A DNA stretch of 54,288 nt from a bacterium (GCA_021817785.1 JAKAFY010000008.1:1-54288), one strand, 5' to 3'; numbered from the stretch's first letter, positions 27,539 to 37,573 are shown. The notes: generated from the sequence alone by a model not told the origin. Translations and numbers: made by a program.

Positions 27539-28276
27539 GTGAAAACAAAACGTTTCGTACGTGTGGCAGGGTGCGTACTTATATCCGCTCTGTTATGCAG
27601 CTATATTTTGTTTCAGATCAGCAAATCCAGGACTTTTCAGTTTTTCGGAGGACTCACCTACCGGGTTGCTACCGATCACAAGGTAGTAGCGCTCACCTTT
27701 GACGACGCCCCCACGCTGAAGACGGCGGACGTCTTGGCTATCCTAAAACAAAAACACGTTGTGGCGACGTTTTACGAAATCGGCAAGGAAATAGAACGGT
27801 ATCCGGAAATCGCAAAAGCGGTAGTCGCTGCGGGCATGGAGGTTGGTAATCACTCCTATTCTCATCAGCGGTTTCTTCTTACATCGCCCTCGTTTGTTCA
27901 GTCCGAAGTGCAAAAAACAAACGACCTCATACGCAGTACCGGTTACAAAGGAGACATTACCTTTCGCCCGCCAAACGGTAAGAAGCTTTTTTCGCTTCCG
28001 TGGTACCTGCACCAGCACGGCATACAAACCATTATGTGGGATGTGGAACCGGACACCTATCTGCCGACAAACCAAACAGAAGATGAACAAACTACATTCT
28101 TGGTCGGCTATACGGTTGCCAACGTTCGGCCGGGATCGATTATCCTCCTACATCCGTTTTGTGATACGTGCGGGGGCGATCGGCGCGCAATCGGACAAAT
28201 TATAGATGACTTACAATCCAAGGGGTACAAATTTGTGACCATATCCCAGTTACTTGCATCTAGTACTCAACACTAA
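27539..28276 (+). CDS. polysaccharide deacetylase (NodB homology domain)
   Basis: 245 aa with an N-terminal TM segment and the NodB motifs TFDDAP and HSYSHQ. The start codon is GTG. Confidence 0.85.
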   Translation: MKTKRFVRVAGCVLISALLCSYILFQISKSRTFQFFGGLTYRVATDHKVVALTFDDAPTLKTADVLAILKQKHVVATFYEIGKEIERYPEIAKAVVAAGMEVGNHSYSHQRFLLTSPSFVQSEVQKTNDLIRSTGYKGDITFRPPNGKKLFSLPWYLHQHGIQTIMWDVEPDTYLPTNQTEDEQTTFLVGYTVANVRPGSIILLHPFCDTCGGDRRAIGQIIDDLQSKGYKFVTISQLLASSTQH

Positions 28277-28345
28277 CGATTGCATATGCAATATTAAATT
28301 TTCTTAAACCCGATTATGTGGTCATATCTCTGATATACTACACGC

Positions 28346-28768
28346 ATGCTACGCTGTACTCCTTTTCTTCTGTTTGACGGCAACTGTGCCGAGGCCATGA
28401 CTTTTTACCACGCATGCCTCGGCGGCAAATTAACGCTTACCAAACTTGCCGACACTCCGATGAAAGATATGTTTCCGAAAGAAAAATGGGAACGACTCAT
28501 TCATGCGAATCTCATAAGCGGCGATATTGAAATTTCCGCCACGGATTGGATGGCATCTCCCACATTTGATCCGGTGCAGGGAAACACCACTGCAATATTC
28601 GTGATTGGTGAAGGGCTTGAAGAACTAAAGGTGGTTTTCGACAGACTTAAAGACGGGAAAAATAATGCGAGGCTTCAAGAACTTCACGAAATGCCATTTG
28701 GAACATATGGACAGTTTTACGACAAATTTGGCGTTCAGTGGATTTTCAAAGGAGGGGCAAAAAGATAG
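28346..28768 (+). CDS. VOC/glyoxalase-fold protein, PhnB-like
   Basis: 140 aa. PFLLFDGNCAEAMTFY...GTYGQFYDKFGVQW is characteristic of the PhnB-like family. Confidence 0.75.
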   Translation: MLRCTPFLLFDGNCAEAMTFYHACLGGKLTLTKLADTPMKDMFPKEKWERLIHANLISGDIEISATDWMASPTFDPVQGNTTAIFVIGEGLEELKVVFDRLKDGKNNARLQELHEMPFGTYGQFYDKFGVQWIFKGGAKR

Positions 28769-28859
28769 ATTCTCTCCACTTCCATGATTTGAAGCAAAAA
28801 TAAAAAATGTACCCTCTGAAAATTTGCATAAAAGCGACAGCAGAGTACAATATTATCGC

Positions 28860-29189
28860 ATGAAATCAAGGCAGCAGAAATTGACAGTTGTCAGCGCTGT
28901 GACGGGAATAGTTTTCGGAATTTCCGGCGGTCCTGCCTATATTCTCATTATATGGGGGACGGTAGCTTTCGTTTTTGGGTATTATTCTATGTCTCAAAAA
29001 GACGCATTAGTAAATGGATTCCTTTTCGGATTTCTAGCATCATTTTTCTTCATGTGGCATGGGTACGCAGGAAACGCTCCCGCCATAACAAGAACTCCTT
29101 TCTTCGGTGGGCTTGGTGCTTTTGGAGGAACTTGTGGACTTCTGTTATCTCTTATCGGAAATCTCGCTTCCAAACATTTCAAAAAGTAA
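28860..29189 (+). CDS. hypothetical small membrane protein
   Basis: About 109 aa from ATG 28860 (the track uses TTG 28824), with 3 hydrophobic, Gly-rich segments. Confidence 0.4.
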   Translation: MKSRQQKLTVVSAVTGIVFGISGGPAYILIIWGTVAFVFGYYSMSQKDALVNGFLFGFLASFFFMWHGYAGNAPAITRTPFFGGLGAFGGTCGLLLSLIGNLASKHFKK

Positions 29190-29426
29190 GTCCACAAACA
29201 TTCGGTTGAGTATATTCTTAACGACTTAGTCGGGAAGGTTGACTAACCTCATCACGTGAATTTATAGGTTCTAGCTCCGCCTATCAGGGAAAGCAATATG
29301 CCATTAACAATGTATTAAAGTTCGATCAAGGCTATAAAGCGAGGGACAAATATGTTAACTTCGAAAAAATTGCACCTTCAGACAAGGAGAGTAATTACAT
29401 TGTTTAGTGGTTCCTTATGCGGACTT

Positions 29427-30119
29427 TTATGGCGTAGGCGACACATATGGACCTGTTGGGGGTTCTGCGGTCACCGATACATCATCAAACCACACCTCAC
29501 CATCCTCAAGAAAAAACACGTGGGCTTTCATACATAAGAAATCCTGTGACGCAATAAATGTTGTGATTGCAGGTTCATACCCGTGTACACCAAATGGGAA
29601 ATTTGCATATCCTTCCCCATTCGGTTCAAGATAACTTTCACCATTTGTATCAAACATTTCGACTCCAATACCAAATCCCGTATTCAACCGCGGATATACA
29701 TTTACAAATTTCTTTGCCTTCGCCCATCCGGAAACCGTTATTTTGGTGCCAGCCTTCCCGCTCAAAGGAATAACCTGAGTTAGTGACCTCACGTATTCAT
29801 CTGGGGGTACTACATATCTTCCCATATGAAACGAACACGATCCGGCATGACTTTCCCCTTTTGCGCAGTCTGACATATCAGTCGGCTGCAAATTACTACT
29901 CCGTTGCCATCCCGTCGGAGTAAGCGGATCACCTGCATTCGTTTCAAATGACGGATTTATTACATAATTCCGCCCAACCTGTATCTGCGTTTCTGATGGG
30001 CTCGTGCACGTGTTACGGAACTTCGCTATATATGCAGGAGAATTTGTTGGCAATGTCGTAACAAGCGCCATCACCATCGCGATAAGCGCCTGAATGAGTG
30101 AGGTAATATAGGCAAGCAT
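29427..30119 (-). CDS. secreted protein with a carbohydrate-binding-module-like (CBM4/9/22-like) jelly-roll domain
   Basis: From ATG 30119 there is a signal/TM segment MLAYITSLIQALIAMVMALV. Then come NPSFE...GWQR...VSGWAK...VWFDDVSV, which resemble CBM_4_9-type domains. The track start TTG 30200 is less likely. Confidence 0.45.
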   Translation of the reverse strand: MLAYITSLIQALIAMVMALVTTLPTNSPAYIAKFRNTCTSPSETQIQVGRNYVINPSFETNAGDPLTPTGWQRSSNLQPTDMSDCAKGESHAGSCSFHMGRYVVPPDEYVRSLTQVIPLSGKAGTKITVSGWAKAKKFVNVYPRLNTGFGIGVEMFDTNGESYLEPNGEGYANFPFGVHGYEPAITTFIASQDFLCMKAHVFFLEDGEVWFDDVSVTAEPPTGPYVSPTP

Positions 30120-30412
30120 AAAACATCTATCCGTAGTAAGTATGTCAGCGTGCGCATTCGCGTGCAAGATTTGCGTTACGTAAATAGGAAAAATTATCAA
30201 TGAATTTATGTATCCCGTTACATATTACACTAAGAACTAACGCTGTGTTTAGAAAAATTCCAGACTGGTTAAAGCCATGAGTGAACTGACAGACAATCAT
30301 ACCTAAATCGGCTTCCCGTAATAAATACGATCATTACTTACCTCCAAGCCGCTTTCCTTTGATTCGCACGTGCCCGCATTTGTAATAAGTTGCAGTATAA
30401 TCATATGTAGTC

Positions 30413-30781
30413 ATGGATATTTCTACCTTCTTAGCCAGATTTTGGGGTAGTCTGTTTCTAATCCTTGGTTTATCTTCAATGGGTGCTAAATTCCTTGGAC
30501 GAGTGATTCAATATACCGAAGATAAAACCATTACGGTGTCGACCGGATATATTACGTTCCTATTAGGTCTTGCTACAGTTGTTGCACATAATCTATGGGT
30601 TGCTGACTGGAGAGTTGCGGTCACTATTTTAGGGTGGATTACGTTACTAAAGGGAATAGAAAAAATCACATTTCCTGATCGAGTGAACAAAAAAGCCCAA
30701 ATGTTTAAAGGAAAACAGACTGTGTGGGGATTTGTTATCTTTGTAATCGGCGCTGGGTATTTTTGGATGAGCTTGAAGTAG
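30413..30781 (+). CDS. hypothetical membrane protein
   Basis: 122 aa with 4 hydrophobic segments and an ATG start. Confidence 0.45.
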   Translation: MDISTFLARFWGSLFLILGLSSMGAKFLGRVIQYTEDKTITVSTGYITFLLGLATVVAHNLWVADWRVAVTILGWITLLKGIEKITFPDRVNKKAQMFKGKQTVWGFVIFVIGAGYFWMSLK

Positions 30782-30819
30782 CACTGCTAAAGAGCAGACA
30801 AAGCAGGCGCTAACACCCC

Positions 30820-31410
30820 CTAGTGAGAAGGCGTATATCTGTATTTAGCTCGTCTATACGTAATTTCCGCAATTATTACAATCTTTGCACACAACACGCC
30901 TGTGGGATACAACCACGTTATCAAAGAGTATCGTTGTAGCGATGCGATAGATAGACTATGCTTTAGAGCATCAAAATACATAGAACCCAAGGACTCGCTT
31001 TTGGGTGCGTTCCATGTTTTGCGCATTGTCGGAAGGAATCCTAGGATATCCGTGAACGTTGCCAATATCACCGAAAGAAGCACATTTTGGGCGAGTATCC
31101 AAGGCACGATTGAAAGTACTGCCAACGCCAAACAGACCGTATCAAACTTCGTGATATCGGACGTTCCGTAAAAAAAGGAAAGAACGAGCACAAAGAGCGT
31201 ATAAATCGAGGTCACGCCGGTCGCCCATGCGCCTGGACCTCCCCCGCCGTGTAACTGACCAAGAAATCCGATGATGGTGAGGATCGTCCAAATAAGCCAG
31301 GTATAAATATGGGGTTTAGTGTTACCCCGAAATATATCGCGGATATAGAGAAACGCGCTCCCGGCAGCAAACAGCGCCGCAAGCAATCCGAGAAATATTT
31401 TTATATTCAT
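30820..31410 (-). CDS. hypothetical polytopic membrane protein
   Basis: 196 aa with about 6 TM segments and an ATG start. No family recognised. Confidence 0.5.
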   Translation of the reverse strand: MNIKIFLGLLAALFAAGSAFLYIRDIFRGNTKPHIYTWLIWTILTIIGFLGQLHGGGGPGAWATGVTSIYTLFVLVLSFFYGTSDITKFDTVCLALAVLSIVPWILAQNVLLSVILATFTDILGFLPTMRKTWNAPKSESLGSMYFDALKHSLSIASLQRYSLITWLYPTGVLCAKIVIIAEITYRRAKYRYTPSH

Positions 31411-31710
31411 AGCATCTATAAAATCAACGAGGGCGGTAATTCATCGGGTCCAATCTGATATGTGCGTCGTTCAATTTATTCCAACTTCGTATGTATACTA
31501 TCACGATTCATCTACTCAATTCCGCATTCTAACGTTATATTCGTATACGATGAAATCCCTGAGATGGGATGGTACCAGACTTTACATGTATATTAAACGT
31601 AAACAATTATTAACGAATTCAATCACGACAAACAAAACCAAACTTAGATTATTCATTCATGTCATTCGCTTCATTTATAAATAGATGAATTTATTTGATA
31701 CAATACTTCC

Positions 31711-32022
31711 ATGACAACTCATACCATTTCCGGAGGCGTCGTACACACTGTTCCCGAGGATTTGCGAAATGCACTATCCCATGATACTAAGGCTCTTACA
31801 CTTTGGGAAAGCCTCACGCCGCTTTCCCGTAACGAGTGGATTTGCTGGGTGGAGTACCCCAAAAAAGAAGAGACCAGAAAAGATCACGTTAGACGGGTTG
31901 TAAGTGAGTTGAAAGACGGCATGCGACGGCCCTGTTGTTGGATCGGCTGCATCCACCGGACGGACAAAGCAATCAGCCCATCGGTCCGGGGAATACTGAA
32001 CAAACGGAAACATATTGTCTAA
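31711..32022 (+). CDS. YdeI/OmpD-associated family protein
   Basis: 103 aa. PEDLRNAL...WESLTPLSRNEWICWV...KKEETR is typical of that family. Confidence 0.65.
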   Translation: MTTHTISGGVVHTVPEDLRNALSHDTKALTLWESLTPLSRNEWICWVEYPKKEETRKDHVRRVVSELKDGMRRPCCWIGCIHRTDKAISPSVRGILNKRKHIV

Positions 32023-32034
32023 CACGCTCTTCAT

Positions 32035-32319
32035 ATGACTATAAAAACCTGCACAAACGGACATACCTTCGAAAAAACCAGCTCATGTCCTGTTTGCCCT
32101 ATCTGTTCCCGCGAGGAAATGCAGAAAAAGTACGGGGACGAATTTCCCAAACTCGCAGCACCCGCGCTTCGAGCGCTCGATCGCATCGGCATCACCAAAC
32201 TGTCTCAGCTTACCAAATATTCAGAAAAAGAATTATTGGCACTTCATGGATTCGGTCCAAGTTCCCTAACGCCGTTACGGCATGCACTCCGTCAAAAAGG
32301 GCTAACGTTCAAAACATAA
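32035..32319 (+). CDS. small Zn-ribbon plus helix-hairpin-helix protein (RNA polymerase alpha-CTD-like HhH)
   Basis: 94 aa with CTNGH...CPVCPIC followed by ALRALDRIGITKLSQL...LLALHGFGP. Confidence 0.45.
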   Translation: MTIKTCTNGHTFEKTSSCPVCPICSREEMQKKYGDEFPKLAAPALRALDRIGITKLSQLTKYSEKELLALHGFGPSSLTPLRHALRQKGLTFKT

Positions 32320-32651
32320 CGACCAAACGACACATGTTATAAGGAACGAACGAAGCAGCGGCGTACCGTGGATGACTATAGATTTTCATCCGAGAACGTC
32401 TGCGACCCGCCTCAACCGCATATCGTCGTTATCTCCCCACGTATCTCTCAATACCTCTATGGGTAGCCCGGAAGTACTCTATGAGACATCCGTTCCTGTC
32501 GGAAAAGAACACTATTTTGCGGATATGCTCGCAAAAGAACATATCATCAAAGCTTCGTTTGTAAATTCTACGGGACGTATCCGATAATGGGAGACGCACA
32601 GGGCAACATGTATGGCACGAATACGGGACATCATCATATAATAGAGACACC

Positions 32652-33218
32652 ATGGATAAAGGCACTCACAAACTCTCCCCCGCACAACAAACCGATCTGC
32701 TCAACACGCTGAAAACCCGTTTTGAAAAACATATGAAGCGCCATATGGGTCTTGACTGGTCGGCAATTCAAACGAAGTTGGAGACCCTCCCCAAAAAACT
32801 ACAGTCTCTCTATGATATGGAACTAACCGGCGGCGAGCCGGATGTCGTGGGGTTTGATAAAAAAACCGGTGAATACGCGTTTTATGATTGTTCGGCGGAA
32901 AGCCCTGCGGGCCGCAGAAATCTCTGCTATGACCGCGAGGCATTGGAAAAACGGAAATCATTTAAACCCAAAAATACGGCCATGGATATCGCGGCCGCCA
33001 TGGGCATAGAACTGTTGACGGAAGAGCAGTACAGCATACTGCAGCATCTTGGTGCGTTTGACACCAAAACCTCGAGCTGGTTATACACGCCTGCGGAGGT
33101 GCGGAAACTCGGTGGAGCCATATTCGCCGACCGCCGCTACGACCGCGTTTTCATCTTCCACAACGGTGCGGATTCGTATTACGGCTCCCGGGGCTTCCGC
33201 GGAGTGCTCAAAGTCTGA
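32652..33218 (+). CDS. DUF4256 domain protein
   Basis: 188 aa. TGGEPDVVGFDKKTGEYAFYDCSAESPAGRRNLCYDREALE...FDTKTSSW...GFRGVLKV matches my memory of the DUF4256 family. Confidence 0.65.
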   Translation: MDKGTHKLSPAQQTDLLNTLKTRFEKHMKRHMGLDWSAIQTKLETLPKKLQSLYDMELTGGEPDVVGFDKKTGEYAFYDCSAESPAGRRNLCYDREALEKRKSFKPKNTAMDIAAAMGIELLTEEQYSILQHLGAFDTKTSSWLYTPAEVRKLGGAIFADRRYDRVFIFHNGADSYYGSRGFRGVLKV

Positions 33219-33270
33219 ATCGTATCCGGACATACCGCAACCTTTTCTCCGCTTTTGATATAATCGCTCC

Positions 33271-33720
33271 ATGCCGACCGACCCGAAAGACAGCTACCAA
33301 CTTGCGGTGAAAGTATTTCTCGAAAAAGACGGAAAATTCCTGATGCTCAAAGACGGCTTTGGCCAATGGGATATCCCCGGCGGGAGACTGAAAGCAAGCG
33401 AGTTTGAGACGCCGTTCGAACAGATTATTGCCCGGAAATTATCCGAGGAGTTGGGAAACGATTGTACCTATACGCTCGGAAAACCGATTGTCTTTATGCG
33501 CCACGAACGCAGAGAGGCTGCCCCGGGCAACCCGACGGTCCGTATTTTCGCCATAGGATATCAGGCGTCTTTGACACGAGGCACTATCAGACTGACTAGC
33601 CATCATACGGAACTGATGTGGGCGGATCCTTCGGATGTTACCCCCGAGCAGTACTTTACCGGCGGATGGCTAAAAGGCGTTCAGGACTATATAGCACTTC
33701 GGAACGGAAAGAAAATATAG
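33271..33720 (+). CDS. NUDIX hydrolase
   Basis: 149 aa with a Nudix-box-like GGRLKASEFETPFEQIIARKLSEELG. Confidence 0.65.
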   Translation: MPTDPKDSYQLAVKVFLEKDGKFLMLKDGFGQWDIPGGRLKASEFETPFEQIIARKLSEELGNDCTYTLGKPIVFMRHERREAAPGNPTVRIFAIGYQASLTRGTIRLTSHHTELMWADPSDVTPEQYFTGGWLKGVQDYIALRNGKKI

Positions 33721-33768
33721 GCTCACGTGATATGCGTGTATCCCGTCATTTGCGCGCGCCCGTCATCG

Positions 33769-34449
33769 TCATTTTTTGGCTTTCGTATCTTTGATGATCA
33801 TCCCGTCCAATAATTCTATCGTGCGGTGTGCGAGTTTTGCGTATTCCGGCTCATGCGTTACCATGATGATGGTAAGTTTTTCTTCCCGGTTTAACCGCAT
33901 AAATATATCCAATACGATTTTTGACGATGCGGTATCCAGATTTGCGGTCGGTTCATCCGCAAAAAGTATTTTCGGGCGGTTGATGAGCGCCCGGGCTATG
34001 GCCACACGCTGCTGCTGGCCGCCGGAAAGCTCATTCGGATAATACTCCATCCGGTCTTCAAGTCCGACTATCGACAATAATTCCTGCGCACGCGTGCGGC
34101 TTTTGTCATCCAGATCCCCCAATGCCATGGCCGGCAGCAACACATTTTCAAGCGCGGTAAATTCGGCCATCAGGGCATACTCCTGAAATACGTACCCCAG
34201 AAACGACAGACGGAAATATGTTTTCTGCGTATCGGACAGGGCCAGTATGTCCGTTTTATGTATCGAAATCGCTCCAGAAGTTGGCGTGTCGAGAAGCCCC
34301 AGCTGATGCAGAAGTGTCGACTTGCCCGATCCGCTTCTGCCGGTAAGCGCCACAAACTCGCTGTCCGCGACGGTAAACGACACTCCCTGCAATGCGGGAG
34401 TCGGCACTTTTCCCTGATATATTTTTTTTACATTTTTTACGTCAATCAT
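33769..34449 (-). CDS. ABC transporter ATP-binding protein (MacB/LolD-type)
   Basis: 226 aa with Walker A GRSGSGKST, signature LSGGQQQR and Walker B ILFADEP. Confidence 0.9.
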   Translation of the reverse strand: MIDVKNVKKIYQGKVPTPALQGVSFTVADSEFVALTGRSGSGKSTLLHQLGLLDTPTSGAISIHKTDILALSDTQKTYFRLSFLGYVFQEYALMAEFTALENVLLPAMALGDLDDKSRTRAQELLSIVGLEDRMEYYPNELSGGQQQRVAIARALINRPKILFADEPTANLDTASSKIVLDIFMRLNREEKLTIIMVTHEPEYAKLAHRTIELLDGMIIKDTKAKK

Positions 34450-34456
34450 ATGTCCA

Positions 34457-35674
34457 TTACCCCCAGATCGCTTTCAAAATTTCCTGCCTTGCCACCAATC
34501 GGGCCGGGACATAGCCGGCCAACACGCCAGCCACGATGAGGCTTACCACGCCGAAAAATATCGTACTTCCTCTGTGCACAAGCGACAGGTACCCGAAATC
34601 TACGTCTATGGGGTGCGCGGCAAGCGTGGGTGTTAATACGCAAAACACGATAACCGATCCGATGACGACCCCGCACACCGCGTAAAATAACGCCTGGAAA
34701 ATATACGACAGGACGATGATTTCCTGTTTTATGCCGATCGCCTTTAATATGCCGATCTGGCGTCTCCTGCTTATGGCATTGACGTATATCAATACGAAAA
34801 TGGTGATCGAAGCCACCAGCACGCTTATCGCACTTACGATGACGGAGATAAGATTCAGCGCGCTTAAAAACGACTTGAACGATCCCAACAAGTCCAAATA
34901 ATTCTGGATTTTCAGCGTCGGCTGCAGATGTGCGATTTTTTTCTGGTATGCTTCAATGGGAGCCCTGTTGAGATCTGTCTTTACCAATATCTGCGACGCG
35001 CTGTTATACACATCGAGTACCGATTCTGCCTCCCGGGCCGTAATAAACGTCTCAAAAATGCCGATCGCGTCGTTATAAATTCCCTTGATCGTATAGGTGC
35101 GCATGACGCCGTTTGCATAGGTGATGCGCACTTTATCTCCCACGTTTGCACCCCCTAAATCGCTCGGTGCTGGCACATTATATCCGCCCGCCAGTGCAGA
35201 GCTAAGCACTATTTTGTCCGTGTCGGTATCAGACAGGTATTGTCCGCGCAGCATCATCGTCGATATCGTTAACACGCTTTTCTCACGCGTCGGATCTATG
35301 CCGATCACTGCCCCGGACACGGTTTTTAACTGGCCGTTTTTATCTTTATCAAACGAAAGCGCTCCGCCCAGTGTGTACCGCCGGGTCGTTGCGGCAACTC
35401 CCGGGATCTGCTGGATTTCCGACTGCACCTCATTCTGATTGAGGATGTATTGTTTTATTTGCGGCTTCTCCTGCGGGCTTACCGTTATATACGACGCGTA
35501 TGAGTCAATAATCGCCTTAAAAAATAATCCCTGCAGCCCGAACAGGATGCCGGAAATAAACATCATGTTCAGAAACGAAAGCGACAGGATAAAAATAAGC
35601 AGCACAGAGGTCGATTTGCTGCCTTTCCGGATGGATTTGTATGCGATAAACGCCGCGGTATGTATATCACGCAT
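34457..35674 (-). CDS. ABC transporter permease, FtsX/MacB-type
   Basis: 405 aa with an N-terminal TM segment, a large extracytoplasmic domain and a C-terminal 3-TM FtsX-like module. Confidence 0.8.
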   Translation of the reverse strand: MRDIHTAAFIAYKSIRKGSKSTSVLLIFILSLSFLNMMFISGILFGLQGLFFKAIIDSYASYITVSPQEKPQIKQYILNQNEVQSEIQQIPGVAATTRRYTLGGALSFDKDKNGQLKTVSGAVIGIDPTREKSVLTISTMMLRGQYLSDTDTDKIVLSSALAGGYNVPAPSDLGGANVGDKVRITYANGVMRTYTIKGIYNDAIGIFETFITAREAESVLDVYNSASQILVKTDLNRAPIEAYQKKIAHLQPTLKIQNYLDLLGSFKSFLSALNLISVIVSAISVLVASITIFVLIYVNAISRRRQIGILKAIGIKQEIIVLSYIFQALFYAVCGVVIGSVIVFCVLTPTLAAHPIDVDFGYLSLVHRGSTIFFGVVSLIVAGVLAGYVPARLVARQEILKAIWG

Positions 35675-35676
35675 AA

Positions 35677-36843
35677 TTACTGTGAGACTGCGATATGATC
35701 CCCCGCGGCAAGCCCGCTGACGATCTCTGTTTTCGTCAATCCTTTGAGCCCCACCGATACGCGGGTCAGATCCTGTGCCCGTTTTCCGGCCAGACGGACA
35801 AACGTTGCATTATTTTTCTCTATAATGGCCTCGTTGGGAACGGCCAGGACAGATTCCTTCCGCCCGGTTTCTATGGTGATCGACGCGGTCATATTGGGTT
35901 TTATGTCGGAAGGCACGGACGGAACGGAAATATAGACGGAAAAATCTACCGTCCCCTGCGTTTTGGTGCCAGCCGCATCTATATACTCCACGCTTCCCGG
36001 GAATGCTTGGTTCGGCAGCGCATCAAAAACGATTGCGGCTTTCTGCCCGACCGCTAAGCGCGGAATATTTACCTGGTCCACCGTCGAAACCAACACGGGA
36101 TTACGGAAATCGGCTATCATGAGAACCGATGCTGAGGCAGACACCTGATCATGTATTTTTGCCGCAAGGTTGATGATTGTCCCCTGGATTGGCGCAGTCA
36201 CGGTGACGCTTTGCGTCTCATTGTATGCCTGTAACGAGCTTGCGAGTGCCGCCTGATCCTTTGCGATCACCTGCTGTTGGTTTTTATATTGTGCCTCAGC
36301 TGCCAGCCAATCATCCTGTGCCGTCGTAAATTCCGTCAGAACCCGGTTCGTTGTGTTCGGCGTGCCATCCCCGTGCTGGTACGTGCCGTTTGTAGCAAGG
36401 TCGGTATATTTTTTCCAGGCCGCGTACATCGTCGACTGCAGACTATACAGTGTTGCTGAGTCCACAGCCACCGTGCTCTGATCCGCTAGATATGCCGCAT
36501 AGGCCGCTTTTTGTTTGTCCGGCGTGGCACTGCTTTCGACATGAAACAACGGGTCTCCCTTTTTTACTACTGCTCCGTTGGTAACAAAAAGCGAAGTGAT
36601 GACCCCGTTTGTCGGCGAGATAATAGGTGTTTGCGACGCGATCGTATAGGTGCCATTTACTAAAACCGTGTTGACGATGTTTTCCCGTTTGACGGTATAG
36701 ACGGCGCCCGAATTTGTCTGGGATAGAAATAACGGAAGGAAAACAACGGAAAGTACCGCCAGAGCAATACCTATGCTCGCCAGCTTGTGTTGTTTAACCA
36801 CTATAAAAAAATTATTTATACGCATCTTATGTAAGCATATCAT
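35677..36843 (-). CDS. HlyD/MacA-type membrane-fusion (periplasmic adaptor) protein
   Basis: 388 aa with an N-terminal TM segment, lipoyl-like and coiled-coil regions and a C-terminal beta-barrel segment. The start could be ATG 36825. Confidence 0.7.
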   Translation of the reverse strand: MICLHKMRINNFFIVVKQHKLASIGIALAVLSVVFLPLFLSQTNSGAVYTVKRENIVNTVLVNGTYTIASQTPIISPTNGVITSLFVTNGAVVKKGDPLFHVESSATPDKQKAAYAAYLADQSTVAVDSATLYSLQSTMYAAWKKYTDLATNGTYQHGDGTPNTTNRVLTEFTTAQDDWLAAEAQYKNQQQVIAKDQAALASSLQAYNETQSVTVTAPIQGTIINLAAKIHDQVSASASVLMIADFRNPVLVSTVDQVNIPRLAVGQKAAIVFDALPNQAFPGSVEYIDAAGTKTQGTVDFSVYISVPSVPSDIKPNMTASITIETGRKESVLAVPNEAIIEKNNATFVRLAGKRAQDLTRVSVGLKGLTKTEIVSGLAAGDHIAVSQ

Positions 36844-36850
36844 GTCATTT

Positions 36851-36906
36851 GCACCGTGGTAAGGACAATTGTTTTTGATGCATCGTATATTCGCACCGCG
36901 CTAAGG
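36851..36906. repeat. direct repeat GCACCGnGnTAAGG (36851..36864 and 36893..36906) upstream of the ABC efflux operon
   Basis: Two 14-mers read directly from the sequence, identical at 12 of 14 positions and 42 bp apart. They sit in the divergent intergenic region between the MacA-like gene and a NUDIX gene. Confidence 0.6.
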
Positions 36907-37134
36907 TCGTTTCAATAATAATTTTTTTATAATGACTAGATCAGCAGAGAAACACCTTTAGTCACAGGCGTGATTTTCCTCTATAGAGAATTTGGACCTG
37001 ATATACTATATGCATACGAGAAACCGTACGGTATTTTATCCGGTGCGCAGCATAATCGGAAACAGATTGCTGCCATCGCATACCATAAATCAGCATGCCC
37101 ATAAGGAATAATTGTGTATCAAAATACGCACCGT

Positions 37135-37551
37135 ATGACTGATAACAAGACAAAAACATATATCGACAAACTTGCATTTATCGACATCAAAGATAAAAAG
37201 GTTCTCTCGACGATAAGCCGCGGGAAAGACACGTGGTATATTCCGGGCGGGAAACGCGAGGAAAACGAAACGGATCATCAGGCGCTTATCCGGGAAATTA
37301 AAGAGGAGCTTTCCGTAGATCTTCTCCCCGATTCTCTCCTGCATTACGGCACGTTCGAAGCCCAGGCGCATGGCAAGCCGGAAGGAACCATCGTCAGGAT
37401 GACGTGTTATACGGGAAAATTTTCCGGACAATTATGCGCCTCGGCAGAGGTTATCGAATACAAGTACGTCGATTACTCCTGGAAATCCAACAGCTCACCT
37501 GTAGATCGGATCATTTTCGATGATCTCTATACAAAAAAGCTCATCGGATAA
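37135..37551 (+). CDS. NUDIX hydrolase
   Basis: The Nudix box is GGKREENETDHQALIREIKEELSV. I used ATG 37135; the track uses GTG 37114. Confidence 0.8.
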   Translation: MTDNKTKTYIDKLAFIDIKDKKVLSTISRGKDTWYIPGGKREENETDHQALIREIKEELSVDLLPDSLLHYGTFEAQAHGKPEGTIVRMTCYTGKFSGQLCASAEVIEYKYVDYSWKSNSSPVDRIIFDDLYTKKLIG

Positions 37552-37573
37552 CCATGCCCCGATACTTCGGATA

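Larger units (their letters stand above)
25039..31710. other. AT-richer accessory block adjacent to the tRNA 3' end (putative genomic island; right boundary uncertain)
   Basis: My hand counts of several 60-nt lines give roughly 32-42% G+C inside and roughly 43-55% in the flanks; these are approximate. The block holds small orphan, stress and membrane genes on mixed strands, long intergenic gaps and a gene remnant. No integrase is present. Confidence 0.4.

Noticed and set aside
31460-31684. A 74-aa ORF in the very AT-rich gap 31411..31710.
   Set aside because: It is a low-complexity product of AT-rich DNA with no SD, so it is probably intergenic. The gap may instead mark the island boundary.
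32372-32587. A 71-aa ORF in the 332-bp gap between the HhH gene and the DUF4256 gene.
   Set aside because: I recognise no family and see no SD. It could be a small real gene or a remnant, but the evidence is too weak to call.
25039-33300. A search for an integrase, a transposase or a direct repeat of the tRNA 3' end (att site) bounding the accessory block.
   Set aside because: I found none by eye. I therefore do not call a bona fide integrative element, only a compositionally distinct block.
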